From the human T2T-CHM13v2.0 reference genome, Homo sapiens, in NCBI RefSeq assembly GCF_009914755.1, contig NC_060947.1: a stretch of DNA of 64,000 nt; one strand, 5' to 3'. A program made the translations under genes and the position numbers. Shown piece after piece: positions 1-27,874 of this stretch. The notes under the pieces are model-generated. The model did not search any database, had not been told where the DNA came from, and saw only the letters and a program-made list of their open reading frames with translations. Positions within the stretch are counted from its first letter, which is position 1, and the number at the start of each line of letters is the position of its first letter.

Positions 1-379
1 GGATTACAAGCATGAGTCACCACACCTAACCCATAATACTTTTATATAAGGGGGAAAACAAGTGTTATATTAAAACCATAGCTGTTAGAACTAGTATAAA
101 GCACTCCAGGGTGGGCCATAGGGCAAATTGTCCCACATATCTTGGTGCCCATGGAACTATGGCATACCAAAGAAAGGCTAAATTATATTTATTATCCATC
201 TTAAAAGAAGGCAATAATTTTACAATCTATTTCAAGATTTTTTTCTATTAAAAGGGTTAAATTTTAAAGAAAAAAATTGTCATTAAAAGGAGTAACTTGA
301 GTTCCACGGACAATTCCCTTATGTACAGCAATTCCTACCCCAGAAAGCTCATTTACTTGGGTAAATAAGACATTACTAA

Positions 380-680
<301 letters not shown>

Positions 681-914
681 GACACATTGCTGGAGCACAT
701 AGGAGGAACATAGTGAAGGAACAACCCTCACAAGATGTCATTCATCCTTGGCCTTGAGAGTGGACATCAGCATGGGGGTGGGGCTGATGGGGACTGCAGC
801 ATACAGGGGACTCGAGGAAAGGCTAGAGCACCGTGGAGTAGTGCTGGGCAGGGTTGGAGATGTCTGCGTGCAACAGCTGCAGCCAAACCCAAGACAAGTA
901 GATCTTCATTTCTT

Positions 915-1117
915 TTTTATTATTTAAAAAAATTTTAAAAATATGTATAGATTTGGGGGCATAAGTGCAGTTTCATTACATGAATATGTTGCGTAGTGGT
1001 GAAGTCTGGGCATCTAGTGTAGCCGTCACCCGAATAGTGCACATGCATCCATTAATTTCTCATCCCTCACCCGCCTCTCACATCCCACCCCTCCGAGTCT
1101 CCAGTGTCTGGTATTCC
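915..1117 (-). mobile_element. L1PB/L1MA 3' end fragment
   Basis: ttacatgaatatgttgcgtagtggtgaagtctggg...gtcacccgaatagtg pattern preceded by a T-rich tail. Confidence 0.7.
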
Positions 1118-1531
1118 TCTGAGCTGTCTCCCCACAGCCCCAATACACGTACACTCTCACATTCTCAAACACATGAAGGGCACAGGCCTGGAGAAGAAAG
1201 GTAAGTCCAAGCCTGGCCCACAAGAGTCAAGTAAGTGTCTGAATAGTCTTACTGGTGATCTAAAAATAGTGATTGAGATAATGCTTATAAAGCTTGCTGG
1301 TTACTTTAAAATGTTAGCACCTTTAACACCTTAAGCAAAGCCTGGAAGCACATATAAAGGAAAGTATATTTATGGAAATACCTGATAAGGCAGAATAAGG
1401 CCTTTGTGCCATAATCTATCTTTATAAAAAGTAGAACTATTTTGTTAACAGAAATGTATTGTAAAAAAATTCTATATTTGCCATGTTTGGCCTTGGTCAG
1501 GCCCCTTGATTTAAATGGTATCCTTCCCTTA

Positions 1532-1988
1532 AGGCTGGGCATGGTGGCACATGCCTGCAATCCCAGCTCTTTGGGAGGCTGAGGTGGGAGAATCACTTCT
1601 GCAATCACCAACCACAGGCCAGAATTTCAAGGCTGCAGTGAGCTATGATTGCATCACTGCACTCCAGCCTGGGCAACAGAGTGAGACCTCATCTCTAAAA
1701 AAAAAATTAATTAATTAATTAGAAATAGATGGCCAGGCATGGTGGCTCACCCCTGTAATCCCAGCACTTTGGGAGGCCAAGGCAAGTGAATCATTTGAGC
1801 CCAGGAGTTTGAGACCAGCCTGGGCAACATGGCAAAATCCCTTCTATACAAAAAAATTAGCTGGGCTTGGTCCCAGCTACTCAGGAGGCTTTGAGCCCAG
1901 GAGGTCCAGGCTGCAGTGATCTGTGATCATGCCACTGCACTCTAGGCTGGGCAACAAAGTGAGACCCTGTCTCAAAAAAGAAAAAAAT
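1532..1988 (+). mobile_element. Two tandem AluJ-like/deleted Alus
   Basis: Alu motifs, internal deletions, A-tails. Confidence 0.88.
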
Positions 1989-2099
1989 AGATGGTACACA
2001 ATTTCTTTTTTTGAAGGAGATGAATATATATCACTTAATCATAACAGGTAGCATTATTAAGCTTCAATATGTGCTTTTCATGTATTTGCTCATTTTGAA

Positions 2100-2370
2100 A
2101 CGTTTCAATTCAGTTACATGGGAGAAATAAGTTCAAGAGATCTACTGTGCAGCATGGTGACTATAGTTAATAAGAAGATATTGTATTCTTGAAAATTGCT
2201 AAGAGAGTGGATGTTAAGTGTTCTCACCATAAAAATGATAACTATGTGAGGTGATACATGTTTTAATTAGCTAGATTTGGTCATTCCACAATGCGTATAT
2301 ACTTTGAAACATCATGGTGTACATGACAAACACATATCATTTTATCTATCAATTTAAAAAGTTGTTTAAA
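2100..2370 (+). mobile_element. L1MA 3' end fragment
   Basis: gttcaagagatctactgtgcagcatggtgactatagttaataa...taattagctagatttggtcattccacaatg. Confidence 0.8.
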
Positions 2371-2477
2371 TGTTTTAATAAAACAACAAAAATATGATAC
2401 AAAGACATTTCCTTGTGAAGTACACACAAATACAAATTATAGGCACATTTTGCCAAATGGTTAGAAAGTAAACATCT

Positions 2478-4840
<2,363 letters not shown>

Positions 4841-5031
4841 ATTGAAAAACAGGGGTGGAAAGGATAGCAATGGAGATGGAGTGTGGGCAGAGGGCAGAAC
4901 CATTTGCTTCACTCTAGGGAAGCACGCTTTACCCTGCATAACCCATGAATACTACTCTGACACTCTGACACTGCTTTTGCTTACCTATTCTTCATCTCTG
5001 TGCACATCCTCAGAATGTACACAGTCTTGAC

Positions 5032-5885
<854 letters not shown>

Positions 5886-6354
5886 AAAATCATGGTGCGA
5901 GGCTCTAATCTTTGGCACCCTCCCTGGCCGCAATGCATTTTGTGACCTCAGTCTTCATTCTTGCACATCACTTTGATATCATCATTACTCTCCCAGCACA
6001 TCCTTTCAGGATTAGCTCTAGGGCTGGTCTAAGACACAGATAGATGAATGGGCCACTGATTTGCATTCCAATCTCACAGCTCTAAGCTCTGAAAAGCATC
6101 TGGCCCAGGCTAGGCTGGTTTAGTTGAGCCGTGGGTGGGAAATAAGGGCTGTGCTCATGCCTAAGGGTCTGAACTGTTCTCTGTCGCCAAATTGCTGAGC
6201 TTTCAAAAGCTGGATGTGACCTTACCTCACTCAGACTTGTTATTTACAGCTGTGTTTCCACTAGTGAGGTCGTTTTGGGGATCTGGAGTCAAAAACCTTC
6301 CTCTGTCACTGGAAAATATTTACTGATTTCTAGCTGTGTATCTGACCATGCTAA

Positions 6355-8254
<1,900 letters not shown>

Positions 8255-8436
8255 CTCCTGAATCAATCTTAAATGCAGGGCCCCAAGCTCAGTCTCTGAC
8301 AGCAATTCTACAGTGTTTCTTTCAGTCACCTCTGAGATTGGAGTTCTTTTTTTTCCGTCATTTTTGTCCAGTCTGATTTATTATTTGGGAATCATGACAT
8401 AACTTTGCAGCTATAAACACATAGAGCTTAACATGT

Positions 8437-9323
8437 TGTGGCAATTTAAAAACATGTCCACAGGCCGGGTGCGGTGGCTCACGCCTGTAATCCCAGCACT
8501 TTGGGAGCCCAGGCAGGCGGATCACTTGAGGCCAGGAGTTTGAGATCAGCCTGGCCAACATGGTGAAACCCCGTCTCTACTAAAAATACAAAAATTAGCT
8601 GGGTGTGGTGGTGGGCACCTGTAATCCCAGCTACTGGGTGGGGGGAGGGGCTGAGGCAGGAGAATCACTTGAAGCTGGGAGGCGGAGGTTGCAGTGAGCC
8701 AAGATCATGCCCTTGCACTCCAGCCTGGGTGACAGAGCAAGACTGTCTCAAATAAATAAATAAATATATGTCCACAAATTCTTTGATTCTTCTTCCATTG
8801 AGAAGTGTGGCTTATGCACCTTTTCTTTGAACTGGGACAGGATTGTGACTGGTTTGTAGCCGCTAGAAAGAGGAAGAAATGATGCCGCATGACTTCCAAA
8901 GCTAGGCCAGAAAAGGCGAGGCAGCTCCTGACTTCTTCCCTGGGACTTTGACTTTTGAGTCCCTAATTCACCATGTAAAAAGTTGGATTATCCTGAGGCC
9001 ACCATGCTGTGGGACAGTCCAGGCCATATGGAAAGGTCACATAGAGGTGTTCTAGTCAGCACTCTCAGCTGAGGTCCCAGCCAACATTCAGACACGTAAA
9101 TGGAGATACTTCCTTGTGGTTCCAGCCCCCAGCCGCTGAGTCACCCCAGTCATCAAGTCTTCCCAGCTGAGGCCCTAAACATCGTGGAGCAGAGACAATG
9201 GACTCCCACTGTGTGCTTTGTCTGAACTCCTGACCCACAAAATTAGTGGGCATAATAAGGTGGTTATTGTAAGCCTCGAAGTTTTGGGGTAATTTATTAC
9301 CAAGCAATTAGGTAGCCAGAACA
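8437..9323 (+). mobile_element. MLT1F/G-type LTR with Alu 8463-8765
   Basis: agtcttcccagctgaggccc...tggagcagagac...aagttttggggtaatttattacc...agaaca. Confidence 0.8.
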
Positions 9324-11105
9324 CGCAGGATACAAAGCTTACTATGAGCAATGATAAATGCTCTGGACAGCCTGTGCACGCTTATAGAATATGTTCTGTG
9401 TGTCTTTTGGCTCTGCAGGGACCTGGAAATGACTCAAAGAAATTCTTCCTTTGGAAGAATTAAAAAGTAGAATTTCTAGATTTAAAGCCTAGTTTTTGGA
9501 GGTCTACTGTGTGCTTTGCTTCAAGAGGCAAGTTTGTGACAAATGAAGCCCAGCCATTCTAAAAAAATCCAAGCATGTAGATGCCTCAGAGGATGTAGGA
9601 AATTAGTCATTAACCACACAAGTTTAGTTCCTGATCCAAAATACTGTGTGCATGTTTTGCAATTTAATCTGGTTGGCACTGGATTTTTGTTTCATTTTGC
9701 ATTGACTAAACATAAGATACAGGTTGGCCCAGTTGCGTTAGTCATAAAATATATCAAGCCATCTTAGTTAAATAGCTTTTAAAGCTAAGAATTTTCTCTC
9801 TGGATAAAATAATCTCATTTAGATAATGTTTCCAGATACCTCCAAGTGAGCGTGAATATCAGTGTTTGAGCAATCCAAATGAAGGAAGTCCTTTTATTTT
9901 CATAGCAGCTAAGATAATTTATATCATTAACAAACAGAAGAAGTGAGGAATTCCACTTTCGGTTTTAATTAGAATGTAAAGACTCATTAAATGGAAGGAA
10001 CTGAAAACCACCATCTTCAACAGGTCATAATGTACCCAATGTAACAAGTAAAATGCCTCGGGAAATTGCAGAGCGAAATTTTCCTGGTGCTCAATATGGT
10101 TTAAATTCTAGGGGTTGGATTAAGGAAAATATCTACCTTATTACCTATAATGTCTCCCTACTTATTCTAATCAGATACTTTAGAGAAATTGTTGGAGATC
10201 ACTTGCCAGAAACATACCTCAAGGTTTCCATCTCACCTCTGAAAAGTGACTTAGAAGAAAAGTGACTTTTGACTCCAGTCAAACTGTTTTCTTCTAAACC
10301 CTTGACGTCAACAATTTTTACTTAACATGAAACCTATATATTGCAAACAATTTCTCTTCCTACTTAATGATATTGGGGGATGATATTGGGGGATCTTCCC
10401 GATAATACTATGGTAGGACAAGTTGAAAGAAGAAAAACCTCAAAAAGGTATTCTTTGTCACTTCAGTCAGTAGGCAGCATTTGATCCTGAGGTTACAGGG
10501 CTGAGAAAATGAAATGGAGAAAATATGTATTGAAGGCTTAGAGGTGGCAGGAACTATTATTATCACATAGAGAACTAAAGCCGAGAGATAGTAACCTGCG
10601 CAAGATCATGTAATCAGGAAGGGGTAGGGCCAAACTTTGAACACTGGGGCACCTTTGACTAGGAAGCAGTACTGCTTCTTGGAACAGAGCTTATGAAAAA
10701 CGGGGCCTAGAAACAGTAGGAAACATTTGAATACACAAGAGTATGGTTACCCCCTATCACATCCAAGGAAAAACAGAGGAATCAGGTAGATCATGAGCTG
10801 GTTGTTTTGCATCTTTCTATTCCATTTCTTCTGTATTCACTCATCAATTCTAGCATTTGTCTCTCTATGCCTTGTTAGCCCACTCATCCTCCACTTTCCT
10901 AATCACCCTTCCTATAGCCTATGCACTTTGAACACAGAGACCCACCCCACTCCATCCTAGTTGCTAGGAGAACTTAACAAGGTAAGGTATTTCACAATAG
11001 AACTGTGTAAATTGTAAAGTGCCATTTAAATGTGAGGTATTATTATTATTTATACTAATTTGATGTTGCGTCCTGTTCTACCACATTGCCTGGAATGGAA
11101 TCTAA

Positions 11106-13591
<2,486 letters not shown>

Positions 13592-13783
13592 TGGGTCCTT
13601 CATTTTAGACACCAGATGCTAATCCTGGGCTTCTGGAAGACCCTTTCACGTTTCTTTTTCTGCTGGGAAACACATCATACCCTCTTCCAACCACTCACAG
13701 ATGCTGTCTCCTAAGCCCAAAGGCCCATGTTGCAGTTTAGCTAGGGCCTTTCCAAGTTAGTAAATTCTTCTGGCACGGCCCCC

Positions 13784-13802
13784 TGCTGCCACCTGCTGGC
13801 TG
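13784..13802 (-). promoter_or_regulatory. Candidate CTCF binding site
   Basis: Minus strand reads CAGCCAGCAGGTGGCAGCA, matching the CCASYAGRKGGCRS core, in non-repeat sequence. Confidence 0.65.
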
Positions 13803-14129
13803 TATCCATCGATGCCGCTATGGGTATTGTTTCCTATTCATGAGACCTGTATGAAGGGAGTTAGTCTTTCCCATCCTATCATCCATCATGGGATAAGAAT
13901 TTCATCTACCTAAATTTTTTTTCTTTACAGTATTTTCACCTTGTTCTATTTTTTAAAGAAAAGTCCTTTAGCAAATCTGTGTGCAGGTCACAGATGGTCT
14001 CACCAGACTTGCCCAAACCTAAAGAAACATCTCTGTATTTGGGCACTGCAATTTGCAAAAGGACAAAAGAGTCAAATGTATATCAGTTCTCATTAGCTCC
14101 CTGACAGCAATTATATTACATTCAAATAA

Positions 14130-16894
<2,765 letters not shown>

Positions 16895-17149
16895 TGTCAT
16901 CATAGATTTGGTTCTTTCAGGTGGAGGGGCCAGGTAGATCAGCCCATGCTTCGTCAGGTGAACTTCTTGTTCTTGCCATAGGAATCTAGCGATGGGTATG
17001 TTAACACATGTCAATCCTACCAGGGGGAAAACAGATGCTAATAGGCTGAGTCGTGTAAAACATCTCAAGAAATTCTGTCAAATCCTAATAAAATAAGAGC
17101 AATTGTTAATCAAATTCAGTATTACAAAACATTTTAATCTTTGGTCAAT

Positions 17150-17750
17150 TATTTAATAGTGATTTTGAGCACTTACTAACTACTCTGATTTAGCATACAT
17201 TGTTTCTTTTAATCCTCACAACAATTCTATGAAAGCACCATACTATCATCAGCAGCACCATCCTTATTTTATTTTACTTTTGAGACAGGGTCTCACTCTG
17301 TTGCCCAGGCTGGAGTGCAATCAGAGCTCACTGCAGCCTCGACTTCCCAGGCTCAAGTGATCCTCGCATCTCAGTCTCCCAAGTACCTGGGACCACAGGC
17401 ACACGCCACCATGTCCAGCTAATTTTTAAATTCTTTTGTAGAGATGGGGTCTTGCTATGTTGCCCAGACTGGTCTTGCATTCCTGAGCTCAAGCATCCTC
17501 TGTCTCTGCCTCCCAAAGTGCCAGGCATGAGCCATCATGCCCAGCCTAAATTATTTTAAATATTTAGTAGCTCTTTTGCATTTCCATGACTGGGAATTGC
17601 TTGTTCATGTCCTTTGCACTGCTCCCAGCCATTATCCCCATTTTACATAGGAGGAAAGTGAAGTTCAGGAATCTTAACTTGGCTGTGGTCACAAGTTCCT
17701 GGGATTCAAGCCACTGTAATCTGACCTCACAGCTCATGCTCAAACACTGT
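17150..17750 (-). mobile_element. MIR split by Alu 17266-17547
   Basis: tttaatcctcacaacaattctatga ... cccattttacataggaggaaagtgaagttcag. Confidence 0.65.
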
Positions 17751-17873
17751 ACTGTTTTGCCTTCTGTGGCCCCCATGTTTACTTACAAAACTTTATAGTA
17801 CCTATACCTTTATAGGTATAGTATAGTATAGGTATAGTACCTATACCTTTATAGGTACTTTAAAAGTTCACTA

Positions 17874-18204
<331 letters not shown>

Positions 18205-18562
18205 TCACTTTGGAATAAGTGTATATGTGGTGACATTGTTGGTTACCTACCCAGCATCCATCCTTTATCCTGCTTGTTGAAGAAACCCCAATTTTATTTA
18301 AGTATCTCTCCCTCCATTTGTTCAGCCTTTATAATTTAGTGAAGGTGATACCAGCTCACCTTGAGGGGCAGGTCCTGAGAAGTCTAGGCTAGTCATGGTA
18401 ATCCTATTGCCCCTACCTGAGAAGCCAAATCCCAGGCTTACAACAATTAATCCAGCATTTCTCTCTGGGAACTGTTATGACTCCAGAGGTAATGACCAAT
18501 GACCCAAACTGGCCTAAGAGGTGTCAAGTAGAGAACATTTATTCCTTGGTTTGATTGTAAAT

Positions 18563-18705
18563 TTTCTCTCTTTCTCTCTCCCCCTTTCCCTCCCTCACTC
18601 ACTCCCTCACTTCCACTCTCTCTTTCCCTGCCCCCCTTTCTTAACTCGTCACCTCTTTGTCTCTATGTCTATCTCTGTCTTTCTCACTCTCTTTGTCTCT
18701 CTCTC

Positions 18706-18742
<37 letters not shown>

Positions 18743-18750
18743 TACACACA
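18563..18750. repeat. CT-rich tract followed by (CA)n microsatellite (18711-18739)
   Basis: Direct reading. Confidence 0.95.
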
Positions 18751-20188
18751 GCTGTCAACGTGAAATTGCACCTTACACCAACCATCCCAAGAAAGAGCTG
18801 AAAAACCAAACCTGTTCCATTCATTCTAACTGCAAGTTTTGCAATGGTTACAGATAAAGAAACTGCATCTGGGACAAGACCAAAGTCATTTACTCCTCTC
18901 TTCTCCCTACTGATGACAACTCCAATTCTGCTTTGGCTCAGGAAGTTACCTACTTTTGAGGTGCTCCCAGATGCCCATTGGCTATATAAAGCCTTTAATC
19001 TCTATTTGAATCATTTTCATTTATTTCTTTGTTGCTATCCACTTGTCCCAACATACTATATTAAATATTCCATTCAGTAGCATTCCAAAGAAGGTGGGGG
19101 TGGGGGTAGGAGCAGTCCATTCAGCAGCTGGAGTAGGAGGAGAATTTTATCATTGACATTCTTCAGAATCACTGATGCCTGATGATGATAAAAATAAGAC
19201 TGATTTATCCATCCTTATTATTGTTTGCAAATTCTTCATAATGGTGAACCCCTATGCTTCTATACTTAGGGTGAGCCATCGCACTGTCCCTCTTCCTAGC
19301 TTGGTACTCCACTGAGTCCATTTTTTTCCTACTGATTCAATTATTATGTATCAATTTCCATTCCTGGGTTTCCTCTTCTATTCCCTCGGTCTATCTCTTT
19401 ATATTGAAGTTCACTCTCTTTTTTTTTTGAGACAGGGTTTCACCTTGTCTCCTAAGCTGGAGTGCAGTAGCACAATCATGGCTCACTTAATCCTCCAGTC
19501 TCAGCCTCCCAAAGTTCTGGGATTACAGGCATGAGTCACTGTGCCTGGCCCTAGTTACACTCTTAAGGCTTTATAATATGTCTTAATATCTGATCATTCT
19601 GGTTCCTCTATCATTGCTCTTCTGTTTTTTCAGATTTCTCTGGCTACCTTTTCCATATGCATTTCAAGATCAGTTTGTTTAGTTGTGGCTTCTGGTTTTG
19701 ACTATAATTTTAATCGAATTTGAATTAGAACATTTGAAGTTTATAGTCCATTTGACATTACATAATATATAAAGTCATCTACCAAGGTTAGGGAAATTTC
19801 TCATTCTATTTATTATAATTTAAATTTTTAAAATTTTAGCCGTTCTTTGTTTTGTTGTTGTTGTTGTCTTGTTTTGTTTTTTTGAGATGGAGTCTTGCTC
19901 TGTCGCCCAGGCTGGAGTGCAGTATTCGATCTCAGCTCACTGCAACCTCCCCCTCCTGGCTTCAAGCAATTCTCCTGCCTCAGCCTCCTGAGTAGCTGGG
20001 ATTACAGGTGCCTGCCACCACACCCAGCTAATTTTTTGTATTTTTAATAGAAACGGGGTTTCACCATGTTGGCCAGGCTGGTCTCTAACTCCTGACCTCG
20101 TGATTCACCTACCTGGGTCTCCCAAAGTGCTGGGATTACAGGCATGAGCCACCGTGCCCAGCCTTTAGTTGTTCTTTGAATAGGTGAT

Positions 20189-20851
<663 letters not shown>

Positions 20852-20929
20852 TGATCCGACCGCCTCAGCCTCCCAAAGTGCTGGGATTACAGGTGTGAAC
20901 CACCGCACCCGGCCAGAACAAAACATTTT

Positions 20930-21780
<851 letters not shown>

Positions 21781-21959
21781 TCTAATGCCATTACCACAAT
21801 GCTATAATAAATAACCTTTATATACATGTCCATTTTTTTCATCTCCACCTGTTTTCTCAAGTATTTGTCATGATTTTACAGTAACCGATTTTGTTTATTT
21901 TCAGAAAGGATAATCTTGGTACAAAAATATATTCATTTGTTTATTTAGTTGTTCAATTT

Positions 21960-22105
21960 TTTTTTGTCTGTTTCCCCCACCTCACTCCCTGCCCCCAGGA
22001 GAAAACAGGAACCTTGTCTATATCATTCACTACTTTTTATCCCCAGAGCACAGAATAGTGCCTAGCACAGAGTAGGTGTCCAACAAATATCTGTTGAAAG
22101 AAAGA
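21960..22105 (+). mobile_element. L2 3' end
   Basis: agcacagaatagtgcctagcacagagtaggtgtccaacaaatatctgttgaa. Confidence 0.7.
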
Positions 22106-22109
22106 GCAT

Positions 22110-22230
22110 TAAAAATGTATATTTTCAGGCTTCACTTCTAGGGGTTCAGATTCAGTAGGTCTGTGGCAGGGCCTGGGAATCTGTATTTTTAATAAGTGCC
22201 TCAGATAATTCTGGTTGTCAATCAGGTTGG
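22110..22230. mobile_element. MER5-type hAT-Charlie DNA transposon fragment
   Basis: gattcagtaggtctgtggcagggcctgggaatctgtatttttaataag...gataattctg. Confidence 0.7.
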
Positions 22231-22320
22231 GATTCAGGCCTACCCCCTTGCTGCCCCAGGTAACTGCAGCAGTCTTCTTACTCCTTCCTGCGTGCTGTGC
22301 CCCTTCTTAAAACATTGTGA

Positions 22321-22810
22321 TGTAGTAGATTGCTTCCAAAGATTGCCACAACACTCCTTCCCATCCTGAATGCCTTTTTCACCATGACTTTGCCACTCTT
22401 ACTATCAAGAGGTGGAGCCTCTTTCTTCCCCTTGAATCATGTCTGATCTTGTAGCCTGCTTTGACCAATAGAATGTGATGGAAATGGGTGCTATGCCAGT
22501 TCAGCTCAAGGCCTAAGCCTTAAGAGACCTTGCAGCTTCCGTTTCTGCTCTTTTGGAAGCTATGTGAAAGAGAAGCAAGCCACCCAGCCAAAATCCTCCA
22601 CCAAGGTCCTAGACATGTGAATGAGGTAATCTAGGATCCTTCACTGCTTGTGGAGCCACCCCAGTTGACAACACATGGAGAGGGATCAAGCTGCCCCTAC
22701 TAAGCCATCCTCAGATTCCCAACTGACAGAATTGTGAGCAATTAAATGGTACTTGTTTTAAGCCCCTACATTTTGGAACTGACAGTTACAAGGTTATAAT
22801 AACTAAAACA
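22321..22810 (+). mobile_element. MLT1G/H-type LTR
   Basis: ctttgaccaatagaatgtg...gaccttgcagcttcc...tgttttaagccc...aactaaaaca. Confidence 0.75.
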
Positions 22811-22954
22811 AATGCTATTGCATTGCTTTCAGGATACATCCTTAGAGGGTTTGAAAGACCTGTGATGATGTGACCCCTGGTCATCTCTCTAAACTCACCT
22901 CCTGCTAAAGCTACCCAGTCTAGGAAAACTTACCTGAGTCCCTAGGCTTCAGAT

Positions 22955-23370
22955 GCTGTTATAGTTGACTTCTGACTTTGGAATAAGACATCCCTGGCGT
23001 TGTCCAAATTGCGTGGCCTTGATTAAGTTACCAAAGCACTCTTGGTTTTATTATTCTCATCTTTGACATAGGAATGATAATAGCACTTAACTCATAAGGG
23101 TGTTGCGTGAATTCACTAAGATAATGCATGACAAATATTTAGGATAGCACCTAGCACATGGGTGGAACACAATAAAGGTTAGCAATAATAATAATTACTA
23201 CATTATCTTGTAATTGTCTGTTTTTGTTTTGTTTGGTTTTCCCCTCTAGATTGCAAGCACTGTGTGGACAGCAGGGACCATACCTTGTCCATTCTTATAT
23301 TCTCAGGGTCTAGCATAGTAGGTGTACTCAATAAATAACTGTTAAATACATGAATGAACGAATGAATCAG
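22955..23370 (+). mobile_element. MIR (22955-23195) followed by L2 3' end
   Basis: ggccttgattaagttacc...ctcatc...gaatgataatag; tagcatagtaggtgtactcaataaataactgtt. Confidence 0.7.
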
Positions 23371-23537
23371 CAAGAGAGTAAACAAACAAACTTATTAGTG
23401 ATGCGATATTGATGAACTGAACTGCTACACGTATGTACACTGGTATTATCTCTTATTCTTTAAGAACAGAGCTTCAGGTATTCATTAGGTTCTCTCATTA
23501 CAACAATGTGGTGAAGTTGTCTCAGAGTCCTGATTAG

Positions 23538-26230
<2,693 letters not shown>

Positions 26231-27509
26231 AAGAAAGAAAGAGAGAAAGAGAGAAGGAGAGAAGGAGAGAAGGAGAGGAAGGGAGAAAGGGAGGAAGGCA
26301 GGAAGGAAGAAAGAACAGAAACTATGGAACTGAATGAACTTAATGAAACTACAGAACTATAGAACTGGTGGATTTCACCAGTTTTTATATATGTTTACTT
26401 TGAGGGGTGATTGTATAGTATAGATTCATGTAACCACCACCACAATCAGGACACAGAACTAGTCCACTGCCACAAAGAAACTTCCTTTTGCTACCTCTTT
26501 ATAATTATACCCTATCCCTAGCCCCCGCCAACCATTAATCTGTTCTCATCATTAAAATTTTGTCATTTCAAGAGTGTCATATAAATTGAACATTTTGAGA
26601 AACAACACAGCAAATTGTCTTTTTTCACTCAGCATAATAACATGAGAAAACATGAGAAAAAACATAATTCAAGTTGTTACATGTATCAGTAATATATTCC
26701 TTGTTCTGCCTGAGTAGTAGTTCACTGTATGGATGTACCACTTTACCTATTTGCCCATTAAAGGGCATTTGGCTTGTTCCGAGTTTCTGGCTATTACAAA
26801 TAAAGCTACTGTGAACATTACTTATGGGGAATGCATCGTTTTTCTCTGGCTGCTTTCAAGAATTTTTCCTTTGTCATTACTTTTCAGAAATTTGATTATG
26901 ATGTGTCTGACTGCCGATTCCTTTAGGTCTATCCTGTTAGGATTTGCTCAGCTTCTTAAGTTTTTAGGTTTATGTCTTTTACTAAATTTTGTTATTGTCC
27001 CATAGGTCCCTGAGGCTCTGTTCATTATTTTCCAGTCTATTTTCTCTCTTATTCATATTGGGTAATTCCTATTGATCTATCTTTAAGTTCACTGGTTCTT
27101 TCCTCTGTCATCTCCATTCTGTTATTGAGCCCATCAAGTGAGTTATTTCAGTTATTGTATAGCTCTACACTTCCCATTTGGTTCATTTTTATATCTTTTA
27201 TTTCTTTGCTGAGGCTTTCTATTTTTTCATTAGTTTCAAGAATGTTCATGACTGCTTGTTGGAGCACTTTTATCATAGTTGCTTCAAAATTATTGTCAAA
27301 TAATTTCAACGCCTGTGTCATCTCAATGTTGGCTAGCGTTGGTTGTCTTTTCTCATTCAGGCTGAGATTCTCATAATTCTTGGTATGATGGGTCATTTTT
27401 ATTATATCCTAGACAGTTTGAGTATTATTTTATGAGACTTTGGTCCTTATTCAAATCTATTATAGCAGGCAGTTAACCTGTTTAAGTTAAGAACACATAT
27501 CTTGGCCTA

Positions 27510-27874
27510 TGTACTAGTCCATTTTCACACTGCTGATAAAGACATACCCAAGACTGGGTAATTTATAAAGAAAAGGAGGTTTAATGGACTCACAGTTCCA
27601 CATGGGAGGCATGGGAGGCCTCATAATCATGGCAGAAGGCAAAAGGCACGTCTTACACGGCAGGGGGAAGAGAGAATGAGAGCCAAGCAAAAGAGGAAAC
27701 TCCTTATAAAACCATCAGATCTTGTGAGACTTATTCACTAGCACAAGAACAGTTGGGGGAAACTGCCCCCCATGATTCAATTATCTCCCACCAGGCCCCT
27801 CCTACAACACCTGGGAATTATGGGAGCTACAATTCAAGATGAGATTTGGGTGGGGACACAGCCAAAGCCTATCA
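27510..27874 (-). mobile_element. THE1-type solo LTR (ERVL-MaLR)
   Basis: TG...CA ends, THE1 consensus-like termini (tgtactagtccattttcac; gagatttgggtggggacacagccaaa), perfect 5-bp TSD gccta at 27505 and 27875. Confidence 0.92.
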
